DNA of 64,000 nucleotides from Octopus sinensis (Eukaryota). The notes under the pieces are model-generated. The model was given only the letters and a program-made list of their open reading frames with translations. It was not told where the DNA came from and made no database searches. The number at the start of each line of letters is the position of its first letter. The first letter of the stretch is position 1. Positions 61,301 through 64,000 of the stretch are shown here, one piece after another. Made by a program: the position numbers and the translations under genes. The stretch covers positions 3,658,001-3,722,000 of the forward strand of contig NC_043026.1 in NCBI RefSeq assembly GCF_006345805.1, written 5' to 3'.

Positions 61301-62504
61301 GAGTCCATAAAATAGGATTTGACTATACCTCCATTTAGAGCACAGTTTAAGCTAGCTCTGCTTTTGTCTCAAGATATTGGGTTGTCCGGAAAGTCCTTGC
61401 CGATTTATAGTAGCTTACCTTTCGACTTATTTTAGAACATGGTTGAGTCCATAAAAATAGATTTGACTATACCTCCATTTAGAGCACAGTTTAAGCTAGC
61501 TCTGCTTTTGTCTCAAGATATGGGTTGTCCGGAAAGTCCTTGCCGATTTATAGTAGCTTACCTTTCGACTTATTTTAGAACATGGTTGAGTCCATAAAAT
61601 AGGATTTGACTATACCTCCATTTAGAGCACAGTTTAAGCTAGCTCTGCTTTTCTCTCAAGATATTGGGTTGTCCGGAAAGTCCTTGCCGATTTATAGTAG
61701 CTTACCTTTCGACTTATTTTAGAACATGGTTGAGTCCATAAAATAGGATTTGATACACCTCCATTTAGAGCACAGTTTAAGCTAGCTCTGCTTTTCTCTC
61801 AAGATATTGGGTTGTCCGGAAAGTTTGTGCCGATTTATAGTAGCTTACCTTTCGACTTATTTTAGAACATGGTTGAGTCCATAAAATAGGATTTGATACA
61901 CCTCCATTTAGAGCACAGTTTAAGCTAGCTCTGCTTTTCTCTCAAGATATTGGATTGTCTGGAAAGTTTGTGCCGATTTATAGTAGCTTACCTTTCGACT
62001 TATTTTAGAACATGGTTGAGTCCATAAAATAGGATTTGACTACACCTCCATTTGGAGTCCAGTTTAAGCTAGCTCTGCTTTTCTCTCAAGATATTGGGTT
62101 GTTTGGAAAGTTCTTGCCGATTTATAGTAGCTTACCTTTCGACTTATTTTAGAACATGGTTGAGTCCATAAAATAGGATTTCACTACACCTCCATTTGGA
62201 GTCCAAGTTTAAGCTAGCTCTGCTTTTCTCTCAGATATTGGTTGTTTGGAAAGTTCTTGTGCCGATTTACAGTAGCTTACCTTTCGACTTATTTTAGAAC
62301 ATGGTTGAGTCCATAAAATAGGATTTCACTACACCTCCATTTAGAGCCCAGTTTAAGCTAGCTCTGCTTTTCTCTCAAGATATTGGGTTGTTTGGAAAGT
62401 TCTTGCCGATTTATAGTAGCTTACCTTTCGACTTATTTTAGAACATGGTTGAGTCAATAAAATAGGATTTGACTACACCTCCATTTAGAGCACAGTTTAA
62501 GCTA
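52322..62504 (+). repeat. 144-bp satellite, ~71 copies, each beginning with a mariner left TIR
   Basis: attgggttgt at 52321, 52465, 52609...; the unit start is the reverse complement of the right TIR at 62927-62956. Confidence 0.95.
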
Positions 62505-62956
62505 TCTTTTTGTGGAAGAAGGTTTATGTTCCTATAACCTGTGTTAATTCTGTAACCCTTTAAAATGGAAAATAAGAAAGTTCATTTTCAGCACTTGATG
62601 CTTTGGGAACCAGACAAAAATTGCTGCAGCTTGGCTGGGATGTGTTACCCCACCGTCCATATTCACCAGATATTGCTCCTTCAGATTTCTACTTATTCAG
62701 ATCTCTGCAGAATTGTCTTAATGGTAAAAATTTCAATTCCTTGGATAACATAAAAAGATACCTTGATGAATTCTTTGCCATGAAACCACCTCAATTCTCG
62801 GAAGAGGATATTTTCAAGTTAAAGGAAAGATGGAGACGCATTGTGCAACAAAATGAACAAAATGGTTCATATTTGGTTGATTAAAAATGTAATGACAAGT
62901 ATTTATTGACCTTTTGTTTCCTTTAAAAATCAGCACAAACTTTCTGGACAACCCAA
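62383..62956 (+). mobile_element. Internally deleted mariner element (last satellite unit + 5' UTR + fused transposase N- and C-termini + right TIR)
   Basis: MENKKVHFQHLMLWE from 62565 is joined out of frame to LGWDVLPHRPYSPDIAPSDFYLFRSL...GSYLVD* (ends 62884); TIR aaatcagcacaaactttctggacaacccaa|TA. Confidence 0.9.
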
Positions 62957-62966
62957 TATATATATA

Positions 62967-63191
62967 TTGGGTTGTCCGGAAAGTTTGTGCCGATCTATAG
63001 TAGCTTACCTTTCGACTTACCCTCCCAGGCACCTCAATTCTGGGAAGATGGTATTTCCAAGCTAAAGGAAAGATGGAGACGCATTGTGCAACAAAATGGT
63101 TCATATTTGGTTAATTAAAAATGTAATGGCAAATATCTATTGACCTTTTTCTTTCCTTTAAAAATCGGCATGAACCTGCCGGAAAACCCAA
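62967..63191 (+). mobile_element. 225-bp mariner MITE of the same family, adjacent via (TA)5
   Basis: TA|ttgggttgtccggaaagt...ccggaaaacccaa|TA with a remnant of the transposase 3' end. Confidence 0.88.
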
Positions 63192-63328
63192 TATTTTATT
63201 CTGTATCTCTGATATGGTTTCGAGAATGTTTGAATAACACGAGGACTAAACATTGATATTTAATAATGAAATACTGTAAAAATACTGGAAGAAATATTTG
63301 AATTGCATCAGACGTGAGACCAATTTTT

Positions 63329-63700
63329 GGAAGCACTCCGTCGGTTACGACGACAAGGGTTCCGGTTGATCCGATCAACGGAACAGCCTGCTCGTGAAAT
63401 TAACGTGTGAGTGGCTGAGCACTCCACAGACACGTGTACCCTTAACGTAGTTCTCGGGGATATTCAGCGTGACAAGGCCGGCCCTTTGAAATACAGGTAC
63501 AACAGAAACAGGAAGAAAGAGTGAGAGAAAGTTGTGGTGAAAGAGTACAGCAGGGATCACCACCATCCACTGCCGGAGCCTCGTGGAGCTTTTTAGGTGT
63601 TTTCGCTCAATAAACACTCACAACGCCCGGTCTGCGAATCGAAACCGCGATCCTATGACTGCGAGTCCGCTGCCCTAACCACTGGGCCATTGCGCCTCCA
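63329..63700 (-). mobile_element. SINE family C, full length
   Basis: Reverse complement of the 18141 and 51123 copies; tgagaccaat at 63315-63324 and 63707-63716 is a likely TSD. Confidence 0.85.
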
Positions 63701-64000
63701 CAAACATGAGACCAATATTCCTGAAGTCACAATACTACAAATGGCCTGAGGTTTTTTTTTTTTTTTTGGGCACAATGGTAAATGCCACTCTTATGAAATC
63801 TTCAGCGCGGTAACTGGGGTTATTGAAAAGGTTTTGTACTTAAGGAACAGAAAAATATGGAGCAGTTTCTTTGGTGGTCATTATCAGATAGACAGACAGA
63901 GCCGAGATCTGATGCAGCTCCCACGTCCACAAAGCCCTAAACAGTACAAGAAAACAAGAACTAAAACTGGTTCATTCACGGACCCTTTTTTTTTTTGTTG

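Overview
Repeat-rich eukaryotic (animal) genomic DNA. The SINE, microsatellite and Penelope-like repeat content looks to me like an octopod cephalopod (inference; species not determined). The main feature is one + strand, intron-rich gene for a large lipid transfer protein of the apolipophorin/apoB-like type. I traced 20 GT-AG exons from 8298 to 42124 by hand; all phases are compatible and they give 9,351 nt (3,116 aa plus stop). The order is DUF1943-like, DUF1081-like, a long beta-rich region (including one 5,070-bp exon), a helical region, VWD and a C8-like Cys cluster. The N-terminal Vitellogenin_N part is not visible (upstream of the window or in the 100-N gap at 7092-7191). Introns and the downstream 22 kb hold tRNA-derived SINEs, CR1 and RTE LINE ends, non-autonomous Helitrons, mariner and piggyBac-type elements, a tRNA-Arg(TCT)-like gene and many tandem arrays built from pieces of these elements. 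The most unusual structures are: (1) a 10-kb, 144-bp satellite made of about 71 copies of a mariner left end inside one TA insertion; (2) head-to-tail arrays of a whole piggyBac-type MITE sharing one spacer at two loci; (3) several minimal type-I hammerhead-ribozyme-like motifs from unrelated repeat families, three of them on the sense strand of one intron. No CRISPR, rRNA or prokaryotic features were seen. Most short ORFs in the supplied track are microsatellite or tandem-repeat artefacts.
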